From contig NC_086108.1 of assembly GCF_963921235.1 (NCBI RefSeq), positions 104,224,001-104,288,000 of the forward strand: a DNA stretch of 64,000 nt, given 5' to 3'. Below are positions 12,380 through 26,082 of the stretch, in pieces. This DNA comes from Mobula hypostoma. Lineage: Eukaryota. The position numbers and the translations under genes are program-made. How positions within the stretch are numbered: the first letter of the stretch is position 1; the number at the start of each line of letters is the position of its first letter. The notes beneath the pieces were generated by a model that worked only from the letters and a program-made list of their open reading frames with translations, made no database searches and was not told the origin of the DNA.

Positions 12380-12700
12380 AGCATTGACACATTAAAACAT
12401 AGAGTGAAATGCCTTGCTTTGTATCAGTGACCAGCGTACCCTCCGAGGATGTGCTGGGGGCAGCCCGCAAGTGTCACTGTGCTTCCGATGCCAAAGCAGC
12501 ATGCCCATAACTCGCCAACCCTAGTTCTAGCCGTGAGACTTTGGGATGTGGGTTGAAACCGCAGCAGCCAGAGGAAACCCAGGAGGTCACGAGGAAGACG
12601 TACGAGCTTCTTACAGACAGCAGTGGGAATTGAAACCTGATTCGTGATCACTGGCACTGTAAAGCAATTGCCCTCACCAGTACACCTCTGTGCCTCCCTT
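12380..12700 (-). mobile_element. HE1/V-SINE-like SINE
   Basis: Reverse complement of the gggtttcctctggctgctgcggtttc core. Confidence 0.65.
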
Positions 12701-13094
12701 TACTACTTGTGCACTTTCTAAACACTTGTTTGCATGTACAGTATAAAATACAAATCACAATATATTCTTCAAGTGTCAATTACCAATAGAACTGCATACT
12801 ATTCAATCCCTTATTTGCATTGATCCGATCAAACACAGCCAATCATGACTTAGTGAGATCTGTTGTCTGTAGTGGTATTCAATAGGTTAATCCTATGCCA
12901 CTCAGTTATCCACCCCCACATGGGAGGAGTTTACATTATATACAAACTGGGTTACCAATAAAGTTAGGTTGAATATCCTGCATGCTGGCAACCTGGTGTG
13001 CTCTGCACTCTCCCTCAATATCGAACCCAACATTGTCCAGTTGAATAATGCACTTTTCAATCCTTCATTAGCATGCTTGTCTTGTTTTGGTATC

Positions 13095-13552
13095 CATTTT
13101 GTACTTGGGTTCCATGCTGTACAAAGAGGAGTTATGCAATCAAGGATTCACAAGAATGATTCTGGGAATGGAAGGGTTAATGTAGGAGGAGCGTTAGTTG
13201 GTTCTGGGGGGATGGGGGTGTGGATCTAATTGAAACCAATCAAATATTGAAAGTCTTAGACAGAGCAGATGTGGAGAGCATGTTTCTGACGACGGTGGAG
13301 TCTAGGACCAGAGGGCACAGCATCAGAACAGAGGGACATCCATTTAGAACAGAAATAAGGAGGAATTTCTTTAGCAGTGTGTAGTGAATCTGTGGAATTC
13401 ATTGCCACAGACAGCTGTGGAGGCCAAGTCATTGCATATATTTAAAGCTGAGGTTGATAGGTTCTTGATTAGTCAGGGCATGAAAATGGACTAGCCATGA
13501 TTAGATGATGGAGCAGACTCAATGGGCCAAATGGCCTAATTCTGCTCCTATG
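13095..13552 (+). mobile_element. Old CR1 3' fragment
   Basis: RFTRMI-like coding; 3' UTR ggccaaatggcctaattctgctcctat. Confidence 0.75.
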
Positions 13553-14371
13553 GCTTTTCCCTATTCTGATGACAGGTCTTCAATCTGAATGATTGACTCT
13601 TTCTCTCTCCGCAGATACTGTCTGACCAGAAGGGCATTTCCAGTGTTTTCTGACTTTATCTTTGGATCTCAAAGCTGTCACTGTCACTGTTGAAGACAAA
13701 GAGGAATAGAGTTGTAGATTCATGAGTTCATAGAGCAATTGAACAATAAAGCAAAGTGGAGAAATGTAACAAGCTACACAGAGTAGTGGACTCATCTCAG
13801 CACATCACAGGCACTTCCCAGTCTCCAGCCAGCTAACAGGAGTCACCTGCCATTCATTTCCAAATCATCACCTGCAGCCTACTGAAGCCCAGCTCTCATC
13901 CACAGTCCTTGTTCACTCATTCGAACCGGCCTCAACCAGTTGTTCCTAGTTACCTTGCGTTAAGTACCCATTTCCTCTTCTGTTCTGCGGCCCCTCATAG
14001 CTTATTACTTTGCAGTTTATTATTAAAATGATCGTTAAACCATCTCCGATGCTCTGCGTTTGTGTCAAGCCTCCTCTGCGTTTCCTGACACGTGGCCTCC
14101 CCTCTCCGGTAACATATATAGGAGGTGTTGCCCCCAGAAAGCAACTTATATTGTCGAAGGTGCCCACCATTAGGGCCACGCCACCTTCTCGCAGTGACCT
14201 TTGGGCAGGAGATGCAGAAGCATAAAGTTCCATACCACTAGATTCAAGAACACTACTTCCCTTTACCCATTTGGTCCTTGAACCAACCTGGAAACCCCTA
14301 TCCACCATACCAGTTTAGTGACTCTGTGGCCACTCTGACCACCTTCCACAGAAATGGGCTTGCATTTTATT

Positions 14372-14505
14372 TGTCCTGATGAAGGGTCTGAACCTGAAAT
14401 ATTGACCCTTTATTCCCTTCCATAGATACTACCTGAACTGCAGAGTTGCTCAGAATTTTGTATGTGTTGTTTTGTATTTCCAGCATCTGCAGATTTTCTT
14501 GTGTT
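14372..14505 (+). mobile_element. Old Penelope 3' terminus with a decayed hammerhead
   Basis: gtcCTGATGAagggtctgaacctGAAAtattgacc followed by ...ttccagcatctgcaga. Confidence 0.65.
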
Positions 14506-16084
14506 TATTAATTATACACAATTTTTACAATAGGAAAATACAATTAAAGGAAACATCCATGGAAAAGAATAAACAGTCGACGTTTCAGGATCCTTCACAT
14601 AATTATGTTTAATTGATGTTTTTCTTGTGAGTGCTGCCTACCTGACGCTCCGTACCTGTGGTGATGCTGCAAGTCAGTTTTTCATTGCACCTGAGCAGAC
14701 GTGTCGCTACGTACGTGACACTAAACTCGACTTTGACTTTGGTATGTGGAATGAACGGCCAGAGGAAGTTGCTGAGTCAGGTACATGGATGGGAAAGGTA
14801 TCGAGGGCCAGGCACAGGCAAACGGGACTAGTTTAGATGTGGTCCTTGGTCAGCGTGGATCAATTGGGCGCAAGCAGCCTGCTTCTGTGCTGATTGGCTC
14901 TATGTCTCCAATCTCATCCAACTCCCCCAGATTCTATCGCTCACCCACACACCAGGGACAGTAGGCAGTGGCCAATTAATTCACTGTCCTGCATGTATTT
15001 TGATAAGATGGTTGGAATGTGTGCTGGATTGGGGCCTGATCCTACAGGCCAATTCTCCCACTGGTGCTGCTCTCCAACGTTCAGTCCCTGGAAGATGAGC
15101 TGGTTTGCATTTTGTCTGCGGCTGACCCGGTGTGCAATATGGTACTGCTATGTACTTGTCCTTGCAGAAACGTGGCTCCAGGACAACATCCCATGCACCA
15201 TCAACCTTCAGGTCAGGGCACTTAGGGACTTGTTCTAATATTATTTTGTGACTGTATGCGCTATCATGACTATATGTGCTGTGTGTAACTGTACTGTGTT
15301 TTGACTTTGGCCCCAGAGGAACGATGTTTCAATTAGCTGTGTACATGAGTATTGCTGCATGGCCATAAACTTGAACTTGAATGTGGTGGGAGGGATGGGG
15401 AATGGAGCACACGGAGGAAGACCATGTGGTTGCGAACTCCACAGAGACAGGACCTGAGGTAGGATTGATTTGGGTCTTTGGAGCCGTAAGGTAGAGGCTG
15501 TACCAACTGAGGCCAGGATCAAATCAGCCATGATTTTATTGAATGGGACCTCAGCCCTGAAGGGCCTAACGGCCTCTTTGCTATTTTTAATGTCTCTACA
15601 ACAACGTCAAATCTTTTCTTGCAGCTCATCGATTTTAAGCCTCAAGTGGCTCTGTGGTCCAGTACAAACATGCCATTATAACACGTGCAGAAGGCAGTAC
15701 TTGGGGGGTGGACGAGGCAGTGCTTCTGTTGAGCTCTGGGCCAACTCCAGCCAGCTTTGTGTTCTGCAGACTGTTGCTAGGTGCTGGTCATAAACAAGCT
15801 ACTATATCTGTTAGTATCTGTTTCCTTCTTGCCAGGAATTCTGGGAATCTAATACATGGGAAATTTATTGCCAGGGCAACAGAGTACAAAGTGCCCTAAC
15901 AGCTGGTCAAGAAGAAAGATGAAAGACATACTTATATAGCACATTTCACACCATGACAAAGCACCACATCATCAATTCAGTTATTCTGGAGTGTAGCTTA
16001 GCAGCCAGTTTGTACACAGATAAGACATAGAAAAAGCAAGGATCTAATGGCTTTACTGTGCTGGGCAACTGTTGGCCCAAACAT

Positions 16085-16370
16085 AGGGTGGCACGGTAGT
16101 GTAGTAGTTAACACAAAGCTTTACAGTACAAGTGACCTGTGTTCAATTCCCGCTGCTGCCTCTGAGGAGTTTATATGTTCTCCCTGTAGCCACGTGGGTT
16201 TCCTCCGGGTGCTCTGGTTTTCTCCCACAGAACAAGGCTGTACTGGACGGTAGGTTAATTGGTCATTGTAAATTGTCCCATGATTAGGCTAGTGTTAAAT
16301 CAGGGGTTGCTGGGTCTCACAGCTCAAAGTGCTGGAAGAGTTTATTCAAGCTGTATCTCAATAAATAAAT
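16085..16370 (+). mobile_element. HE1/V-SINE-like SINE
   Basis: gggtggcacggtag head, gttcaattccc B box, gtgggtttcctccgggtgctctggttttctcccaca core, aataaat tail. Confidence 0.8.
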
Positions 16371-16479
16371 TTTAAAAATACAGCAACAGACCCTTTTACA
16401 GAACTTCCATAGGAGTGTTGGGCACAGGAGCAAAGTTACCAATTGGCCCATCAATTCTGCTCCGCCATTCCATCATGGC

Positions 16480-17160
16480 CAGTACAGCAGGCGGTGAAAA
16501 AGGCGAATGGTATGCTGGCATTTATAGCGAGAGGATTCGAGTACAGGAGCAGGGAGGTACTACTGCAGTTGTACAAGGTCTTGGTGAGACCACACCTGGA
16601 GTATTGTGTGCAGTTTTGGTCCCCTAATCTGAGGAAAGACATCCTTGCCATAGAGGGAGTACAAAGAAGGTTCACCAGATTGATTCCTGGGATGGCAGGA
16701 CTTTCATATGAAGAAAGACTGGATGAACTGGGCTTGTACTCGCTGGAATTTAGAAGATTGAGGGGGGATCTGATTGAAACGTATAAAATCCTAAAGGGAT
16801 TGGACAGGCTAGATGCAGGAAGATTGTTCCCGATGTTGGGGAAGTCCAGAACAAGGGGTCACAGTTTGAGGATAAAGGGGAAGCCTTTTAGGACTGAGAT
16901 TAGGAAAAACTTCTTCACACAGAGAGTGGTGAATCTGTGGAATTCTCTGCCACAGGAAACAGTTGAGGCCAGTTCATTGGCTATATTTAAGAGGGAGTTA
17001 GATATGGCCCTTGTGGCTATGGGGGTCAGGGGGTATGGAGGGAAGACTGGTACAGGGTTCTGAGTTGGATGATCAGCCATGATCATAATAAATGGCGGTG
17101 CAGGCTCGAAGGGCTGAATGGCCTACTCCTGCACCTATTTTCTATGTTTCTATGTTTCTA
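16480..17160 (+). mobile_element. CR1 3' fragment (open RT C-terminus) nested in an older minus-strand CR1 (16405-17515)
   Basis: VRPHLEYCVQFWSP, FFTQRVVNLWNSLP; (tttctatg)n tail. Confidence 0.9.
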
Positions 17161-17544
17161 TCCCTTCTCCTGCCTTCTCCCCGTGATACTTGACCTCCAT
17201 AATAAACAAGAACCCACCAGCCTCTGATTTAAATATACCCAATACCTTGGCCTCCACAGCCAATATATGAATTGCATAGATTCACCACCTCTAACCAGAA
17301 ATTCCTCCTCATCTTTGTTCCTAAGGGATATCCTTCAATTCTGAGGATGTGCCCGCTGGTCCTTGACTGTCCCACTATTGGAAACATCCACTGCATGTCC
17401 ACTTTATCTGGGATTTACAAAATTTGCTAGGTTTCAATGAGATCACCCACATTCTTCTCAAGTCCAGAGAGTACAGGCCCAATTGCTCTCCCTACATTAA
17501 CCCTTTCATTCCTGGGTGAGTGTGAGGGAAGTGATTTGGAGTTA

Positions 17545-18485
17545 GCCAGTGCAGTTGGAGTTGTATAAGATGTTAGTGAGGCCTAATTTAGGAGTACTGT
17601 GTACAGTTTTGGTCACCTACCTACAGGAAGGATGTCAGTAAGATTGAAAGAGGGCAGAGAAAGTTTGCAAGGATGTTGCCAGGTCTTGAGGACCCAAGTT
17701 ATGGGGAAAGATTTAATGGCTTAGGACTTTATTCTCTAGCGTGTAGATGAATGAGGGAAGATTTGATAGAGGTATACAAAATGATGAGGGGTACAGGTTG
17801 GGTAAACACATTTTCCACTGAGGTTATGGGCTAAGGGTGAAAGGTAAAATGTTTAAGGGCAACATGAGGGGGGTACTTTGATGGGGCAATCAGGTCTGAC
17901 CTTCTAAAGTCTGCAATGCTGGCAACACCCATGTCCCAAGAAGCAACATAGTCAATTAGGCATAATTGCTCCAATCAGCAAATGAAAATTTAAGTCTGTA
18001 AATGTACAAGGATGTCATCGAGACTTGAGAACTTGAGTTATAGAGAAAGGTTGAATAGGTTAGGACCTTGTTCAAAAGAGTGTAGGAGAATAAGGGGAGA
18101 TTTGATAGTAGTATATAAAATTATGAGGGGTATAGATAGGGTAAATGCAAGCAGGCTTTTTCCACTGATATTGGGTGCGACTAAAATTAGAGGCCTTGGG
18201 TTAAGGGTGAAAGGTGAAATGTTTAAGGGAAACATGAGGGGGAACTCCTTCACTCAAAAGGTGGTGTGAGTGTAGAACAAGCTGTTAGTGGAAGAGGTGG
18301 ATGTAGGTTTGATTTCACCATTTAAGAGAAATTTGGATAGGTATACGGGTGGGAGGGGTATGGAAGGCTATAGTCTGGGTGAAGGTCGATGGGACAAGGC
18401 AGATGAAAAGTTCAGCATGAGCTACATGAGCCAAAGCGCTTTCTTCTGTGCTGCAATTGACTATGTCTCTATGACTCCATGACTA
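17545..18485 (+). mobile_element. Two old CR1 3' fragments
   Basis: LSYRERLNRLG...RIRGDLI motif repeated; atgactc tail. Confidence 0.75.
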
Positions 18486-18518
18486 ACCAGGGGAGATGAA
18501 CGCTGCAGAGTTGGAGGT

Positions 18519-19210
18519 GATGCTTTTGTCAGGAACAAGTAGTTTGAGCTGTTATACTGGCAGTTTGAGGATCTATATGGGGATAGGCTTGCTAGCTGTT
18601 GCGAGATTGCTGGCGAATTCTGTCAGGTTTGAGCAGGATATTTCTCATTAGTGAGGTGTTTTCAGTTATAGAACTGCTGCTCCCTGGATGTTTTTTGTTT
18701 TTCACACCATTCTTGGTAAACTCTAAAGATAGTGAAATTTCCAGGAGGTCAGCAGTTTCTGAGATACTCAAACCACTCCGTCTGTTAGCAACAATCATTC
18801 CATGGCCAATGTCACTTAGATCACATTTCTTACCCATTCTGATGTTGGATCTGAACAAAAACTGAACCTCTTGACCACGTCTGCATGCTTTTATGCATGG
18901 AGTTGTTGCCACATGATTGGCTAATTAGATATTTGCATTAATGAGCAGGTGTACAAGTGTACCTAATAAAGTGGCCAATGTAGTAGTTACATGTACATTG
19001 TGTTTTATAGAATTGCTCTTATATTTATATTTATTTATTTATTTTTATTTTTATTGTGTTCTTTATGCTTAAGGTGTTTTTGTATGCAATCTTGAATTCT
19101 GTGGAAGATTATTACCCTGTCAAATCTGGATGGATGCTTGGCAGCTCAAAATCCTGGACAGTGAGGCAAAATTTGGGGAATAACTGTTCAGATGTAATTT
19201 GCTGTGCATG
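18519..19210 (+). repeat. ~690-bp segment duplicated at 21455-22151 (includes a Tc1-MITE fragment)
   Basis: Near-identical from gatgcttttgtcaggaacaag to gctgtgcatg in both copies. Confidence 0.95.
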
Positions 19211-19458
19211 TACGAGGTGTCTTACAGATCTCCTTTACAATACTGTGGAGAGAATCTGCTATTTCATTACTTTCTGTTCCAAGCGGAAACCTTTTCTGGC
19301 ATGATATGTGAAGACATTTTATGGAGTTCCAGTAAGCAAACAAACATAATGGGATTTGTATTTGGCAATGAAGATACTTTGCTGTCAAACTTTAAGAATA
19401 CACTATGATTTAATGCAGATTATGGAACAAGTATAGGAAAATAAAATGCTGGAAAAAT

Positions 19459-20472
19459 ACACTCAGTGACCACTTTATTGGGTGCAGGATTGGAACCTGA
19501 TGTAGACTTCTGCTGCTGCAGCCCATCCACTTCAAGATTCGATGTGTTGGGCATTCAGAGATGCTCTTCTGCACACCACTATTGTAACACATGGTTATTT
19601 GAGTTACTGTCACCTTCCTGTGATCTTGAAACAGTCTGGTCATTCTCCTCTGACCTCATTAACAAGGCAACACACATCAAAGTTGCTGGTGAACGCAGCA
19701 GGCCAGGCAGCATCTCTGGGAAGAGGTACAGTCGACGTTTCAGGCCGAGATCCAGCATCTGCAGAATTCCTGTTGTTTGCGTCCTTAACAAGGTGTTTTT
19801 TTTCTCACAGAACTGCCACTCACTAGATGTTTGGTTTCTCACACCATTCTTTGTAAACTCTTAGAGACTGTCGTGCATGAAAATCCCAGGAGATCAGCAG
19901 TTTCTGAGATAATCAAACCACACTTTGCGGGCAAAGTCACTTAGATCACATTTATTTCCCATTCTGATGTTTGGTCTGAATAACAACTGACCCTCATGAC
20001 CATGTCTACATGCTTTTATGCATTGTGTTGCTGACACATGATTGGCTGATTGGCCGCTTCCGGTAAGATGGAAGCACGCTGAGACGCAGCAGCCACTATG
20101 AAGCCATCCAAGTATATTATTGTCTTCATCTAATATCTTTTTTATGATCGTAAGACACTGCTGGACGTTAAGAACTTCAAGTACTGCAAGTCTACCCCAT
20201 CAGTAAGTTGTTCGTTAGCAGAGGAACTTGGGCTATATATGTATTTTCTGTGTGACTGTATGTTTACTGCTATTTTCTATGTGCTATATGTACCCTGTGC
20301 TGTGTATGACTGTTGGTACTGTGTTCTGTACCTTGGCCTCCGGGGTAACGCTATTTCATTTGGCTGTATTCATGGATAGTCATGTATGGTTGAATGGCAA
20401 TTAAACTTGAACTTGAACTCCATTTGTATTAACGAACAGGTGTACATGTGTACCTAATAAAGTGGCCACTAA
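19459..20472. mobile_element. Tc1/mariner non-autonomous element with nested insertions
   Basis: TIRs cactcagtgaccactttatt and aataaagtggccact; decayed transposase N-terminus on the minus strand (MGKKCDLS-type). Confidence 0.75.
19668..19784. mobile_element. Penelope-derived mini-insertion (inverted pieces of the 3' terminus)
   Basis: TSD ttaacaagg (19659-19667, 19785-19793); strand switch inside hammerhead stem II near 19750. Confidence 0.85.
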
Positions 20473-21454
20473 AGACTGGGACTGAAACAAGATCAATTGT
20501 GGAGACAGAATGGGAAAAAAATGATCACATTCTTTGCATTCTCCAACAAATAAGCAAATATTTTTAAAGCTTAGCTTTATTTGTAAACCGTTGTCAGATT
20601 GCAAGAATGTGACAAGTACACATGCAGCCGGCTGAATCGATAGAGCCTCCGACGTGTGGAGGGCCCCCTCTTTTTCATGCGGATTTTATGGTCCTGGTTC
20701 ATTGCTCCCACACAGTAAATTGTCCAGCGTGTATCATTACTAACACAACTCAGTAAAAAAGTTTAATCATACTACTCCACTGTCGTTCTGGCTCTGGTAG
20801 GATTTTGTGAATAAAACAGCTGAGAGTAGTTTTATGTGCTTAGAAAAAGCTGCAGCCCTTTACTTCCATTAAGAACCAACCTAAAGCAGTCGCCTATCAC
20901 TGACATCATTATGTCAGACACCGTCTCTTAAAGAGAACACAACAGCTCGATGATGGTGTTGGTGAATTATGTACAACCGTTTCAATTAAGCATGATATGT
21001 GTCATCTGTCACCCATCACAATGCCCTGCACAGTTTCCCCCGGGATTCACTAAAGCCGGCATCGTGAGTCTTTCTGGAGCTTGTACGAGCCGCCCGGCTC
21101 GGGTCCTAAGTGTCTTGGTTGGAGAAACAGCAGATCCCTCTGTCTTGTCCGGGGGTGTGCTGACATGCACATGGTCGTGTCCTGATGCAGGGGTATGGTA
21201 GTGGAGTCATCCAGGATTTGGTGGGCCAGTTTAAGGCGATCTACAGAAGCACATTCAGGTTTGTCCTTCCTATCTACAATAAAAGTCTTTTCGCCCAGTT
21301 CCAAAACATGGAACAAGCCATCGTAAGGGGGTTTAAGGGAGTGTTGATGTGCATCATGGCGGACCAAGACCAACAAGGTAAAACATAGGTCAGCTGGAAC
21401 CCAAGGGTGCTGTACACCATGATGGGAGGTAGGAATAGGTGTAAAAGATTTGGG

Positions 21455-22151
21455 GATGCTTTTGTCAGGAACAAGTAGTTTGAGCTGTTATACTGGCAGT
21501 TTGAGGATCTATATGGGGATAGGCTTGCTAGCTGTTGCGAGATTGCTGGTGAATTCTGTCAGGTTTGAGCAGGATGTTTCTCATTAGTGAGGTGTTTTCA
21601 CTTATAGAGCTGCTGCTCTCTGGATGTTTTTTGTTTTTCACACCATTCTCGGTAAACTCTAAAGACTGTGAAATTTCCAGGAGATCAGCAGTTTCTGAGA
21701 TACTCAAACCACTCCGTCTGTTAGCAACAATCATGCCGTGGTCGAAGTCACTTAGATCACACTTCTTCCCCATTCTGATGTTGGATCTGAACAAAAACTG
21801 AACCTCTTGACCACGTCTGCATGCTTTTATGCATGGAGTTGCTGCCACATGATTGGCTAATTAGATATTTGCATTAACGAGCAGGTGTACATGTGTACCT
21901 AATAAAGTGGCCATTGTAATAGTTACATGTACATTGTGTTTTATAGAATTGCTCTTATATTTATATTTATTTATTTATTTTTATTTTTATTGTGTTCTTC
22001 CTGCTTTAGGTGTTTTTGTGTGCAATCTTGAATTCTGTGAAAGATTATTACAGTACCCTGTCAAATCTGGATGGATGCTTGGCAGCTCAAAATCCTGGAC
22101 AATGAGGCAAAATTTGGGGAATGAGTGTTCAGATGTAATTTGCTGTGCATG
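21455..22151 (+). repeat. Copy of 18519-19210 inserted into the Gypsy integrase region
   Basis: Gypsy-like sequence on both sides; sequence matches 18519-19210. Confidence 0.9.
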
Positions 22152-23624
22152 GGATTATAGGGAGGGTGGAATGCTGCTAAGGTGCCAACCTGACGGTCGT
22201 GGCATCAGGAATAAAAACTCCTGGCACTCGTAGTGGCTACCCATACACCAACTCAGCTGTGGAGGACCGCAGATCCCCTTTTGGAGCCGTTCTGAGCACC
22301 AGCAAGGCCCACGTGCCGAGTCTGTCCATCAGGGAGCCCTGTGTGCACCTTTAAGGAATGTTGTAACTGTTCACACGGGCCATTGAACTGCAGGTGAAGC
22401 ACTGTGGTGTGAGGCCACTTAATGCCGAGGTTCTGTGCCATTGTGGCCCAGAGGTCTGACATGAACTGGGGACCGTTCTCGGAAGAAGTATCAGATGGGG
22501 TGCCAGACCGAGCGACCCAGGTGTCGATGAAGGCCGAGAGACTTCCACAACCATCGTGGGTGATAGAGGGACGACATCTGTCCACCTGGTGCTACGGTCC
22601 ACCATAGTAAGGAGGTGCGTGAAACAGCGGGAGGAGGGAGATAACCGGCCAAGTCCACATGAACGTAGTCAGTCTTCAAAAAGTGCCGATGGTGCCCAAG
22701 CATGGTTAATTTTCACCCACTGGTACACAACACAGACTCCACTTGAGTCTCGCACATCTTCTCTCAGGCCATGCCATACAAACTTTAAAGCAACCAGTTT
22801 CTGTGAATTCTTCCTACCTGGATGTGAGAGGCCATGAGTGGAGTTAAAAGCATAATGGTGTGAGGGCAACCCGTTGAGACGTTGCACAGGAGAGAAACTC
22901 TTACGTCCCCGGCCTTGACCTCGGCCAAGCACAGGCTTATGACTGCTATCCTGTGAGCCTGGACCTCTGCGTTGGTAGCGTGGTTGGCTGATGTGTATGG
23001 TATCACTGGCAGGCTGTGAGAGGCAATCACCCTTTGATATGCTGTATGTCAGTCGTGAATTCTGAAACGTAGACCAGGTTGTGTTGCTGACATGCAGACC
23101 AAGGGTCTGAGATGTGCACGAGGGGCTTGCGGTCAACGATCGCTGTGAAATGCTGACCCTTCAGTAGAAAACGAAAATGATGGATAGCCAGATAGAGACC
23201 AGAAAGCTTGTAATCAAATGTGCTGTACTTTCTCTCGGGCGGGGCGGGGGGTGTGGCAGTGAGCTGCTGGCTGAAGAGGCGATCTGCTGCCACACGTCTC
23301 CAGTGAACTGTTGGTGCACAGTAACCACTGCGTAGTCTGAGGTGACAGCAGTAATGGCTATAGATGCACTGGAGAGCGAGTGCACCAGCAGGGGCACGTT
23401 CAAAACAGCTCGTTTGGTGTCGTCAAATGCTCTGGTCTTGTCTGCTGACCATTCAAGCATGCAGTTAGGGGCAGTGCCTTTAAGGGCACTGTACAGGGGG
23501 AACATAAGTTCAGTAGCTCATGGAATGAAAGATGAAAGAAATTCACCATACCTAAAAACTCTCCCTGTGCTTGGTTGCGCAGGGCAGTGGAAAGTCCGTA
23601 ATAGTGGTGACCTTTGATAGCAGT

Positions 23625-25345
23625 TGTTGTGTCTGTGCACAGTTATTTATCGATTAAATAAAAACACGCACGTGGGAGATGGCTTTAACTGGTGTATTCA
23701 CATTGTGGCAAGAGAGGGAGAGAACAATGCACATACATAGACAACAGCACATGCGCAGACAATAGATCAATATGTAGTGCTAAGGGGGAGGGGTCATTGC
23801 TCCAAAAGAAATAGATCCATATGTTACACTTCCTCCCCCTTTAGATTAATGCAACATAAAATGGTATATGTGCAAAACATTTAACTTCCCTTTCATAAAC
23901 ACATATTCCAAATAAATATGCTTTTTAGTGTGTGGGCATGTGGCCAAGTGGTTAAGGCATTGGACTAGCGACCTGAAGGTCATGAGTTCGAGCCCCAGCC
24001 GAGGCAACACGTGTTGTGTCCTTGAGCAAGGCACTTAATCACACATTGCTCTGCGATGACACCGGTGCCAAGCTGTATGGGTCCTAATGCCCTTCCCTTG
24101 GACAACATTGGTGTCATGGAGAGGGGAGACTTGCAGCATGGGCAACTGCTGGTCTTCCATACAACCTTGCCCAGGCCTGCGCCCTGGAGAGTGAAGACTT
24201 TCCAGGCTCAGATCCATGGTCTCACAAGACTAACGGATGCCTTTACTTTACTTATGCTTTCCCAATAACAGTCCGTAACTAACTTGACAGTTCTAAGTCT
24301 CAGTCTTTTGGGTGTCACTCTGTTTCCTTGCTGCTTCACTTGGCAACCAGATGAATTGTTTATTCTGCACTTTCCTCTGGAGTTCTGGTTTCGGGAGGTC
24401 TATGTAAGATCTCGGATTCCTGGTCATGAATAGTATGCAGGTATTTGATTTGTCATTGCATCAACAGAGTTCTGATACACAAAAAGGACGTTGACTACCT
24501 TGTGTTGCAGAGAAGTGTCCTCCTCGTCCATCACTTTCATGGACTTCTCGAATGTTTGGATAAACCTTTTAGTTAACTTATTCGTTGCTGGGTGGTGAGG
24601 AGCTGAGTTGAAATGTCCAAAGCCATCATTTTTTTTTCATGAACAGTCAGAATTTTTCTGACCTGTATTGTGGTCTGTTGTCACTGGTAAGCCGTTTATG
24701 GCAAAGGTAGTCCTCAGCGTGGAAATAGTCTTTACTGAGGTGGTTGACTTTATTGGTATAACCTCTGCCCACTTTGAATGAACATCCACAGTAACCAGAA
24801 ACATGGAGTCCTAGAACGGCCCGGCAAAGTCAATATATACTCTTTGCTATGGTGATGATGGCCACTCCCATGGGTGTAATGGTGTCTGTGGGGGAGCATT
24901 TTGAACATTTTGGCATTCCAAACAGCTTTTGGCCAAGTCTTCAATCTGTATATCTATTTCCTTCTCAAACACCTTCTTAGTAGCATGAAGCAGCTCTGGG
25001 CAGTGCTACCATTTGGGCTGCCCTTGCCTGTTGATGCCACACTGAGAGCTTTGATTGAGTGCCAGTCTAGTTGGATTTTTCTCAACCATTCACGTCCGCA
25101 AACTGCAAACCCTCCATTTTTTAACACATAAAGCTCTAACTACCGTGTTTTGCCTCCACATGTCTCATTCACGTTCAGTTTGCCTTTGGGGGGCTCTTTG
25201 TCACCTGTGTAGGTCTTTAGTATCACTGAGGTCTAATGGTTTCTCAGAAAACAGTCTGTTGTAGTCAGCCTCTGGAATTATAGTCAAAACTGACCCTGTA
25301 TCCAGCTCCATTTTCAGTTTTACACCAGACACAGACACAGACACC
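23625..25345 (-). mobile_element. Second Gypsy family: 3' LTR, PPT, integrase and protease remnants
   Basis: LTR tgttgtg...gttaca (23625-23828) next to PPT cttcctccccct; HPWEWP...IDFAGPF...HSKW integrase; MELDTG protease. Confidence 0.75.
23934..24250 (+). mobile_element. tRNA-derived SINE with RTE-derived 3' tail
   Basis: A box tggccaagtgg, B box gagttcgagcc; 3' end matches RTE 35291-35338; possible TSD tatgcttt. Confidence 0.9.
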
Positions 25346-25955
25346 AGAAGGCTTGTGAAGGTAGAGGGTAACATGAATGCAGCAAAATACAGGGAAATCC
25401 TGGAGGAAAACCTAATGCAGTCTTCAAGAGAACTGCAACTTGGGAGAAGATTTATTTTCTAACAAGACAATGACCCCAAGCATAAAACCAAAATACACGA
25501 GAATGGCTTAAAAATAACAAAGTTAATGTCCTGAAGTGGCCAAGTCAGAGTCCAGACCTCAATCCAATTGAGAATTTGTGGCTGGACTTGAAAAGGACTG
25601 TTCACTCACGATCCCCATGCAATCTGACACCGCTTGAGCAGTTTTGCAAAGAAGAATGGGGGAAAATTTCAGTGTCCAGATGTGTAAAGCTAATAGAGCT
25701 ATCCACACAGACTCAAGGCTGTAATTGCTGCCCAAGGTGCATCTCATAAATAATGACTTGAAGGGGGTGAATACTTATGGAATTAATTATTTTGTCTTTT
25801 ATATTTGTAGAGATCTGATTTCATTTTGACACATAAGGGTCTTTCTATTGAACAGTGTCGAAAAATCCAAATTAAATTAAATCCACTGTGTTTCAATGTT
25901 GTAAAACAATAAAATATGAAAACTTCCAAGTGGTGTGAAATACTTTTTATAGGCA

Positions 25956-25958
<3 letters not shown>
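25346..25958 (+). mobile_element. Tc1 transposon 3' half (transposase catalytic remnant and TIR)
   Basis: QDNDPKH and WPSQSPDLNPIENLW motifs; ends ...ggcactg next to a TA run. Confidence 0.9.
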
Positions 25959-26048
<90 letters not shown>

Positions 26049-26082
26049 TGTGTGTGTGTGTGTATTATATATATATATATAA
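25959..26082. repeat. Compound microsatellite (TA)n(TG)n(TA)n
   Basis: Seen directly. Confidence 0.95.

Noticed and set aside
15470..15899. Overlapping ORFs and AG acceptors as exons
   Set aside because: No recognisable protein and no convincing donor sites
23934..24010. tRNA gene
   Set aside because: It has A and B boxes but continues into a SINE body present twice in the window; no acceptor stem seen
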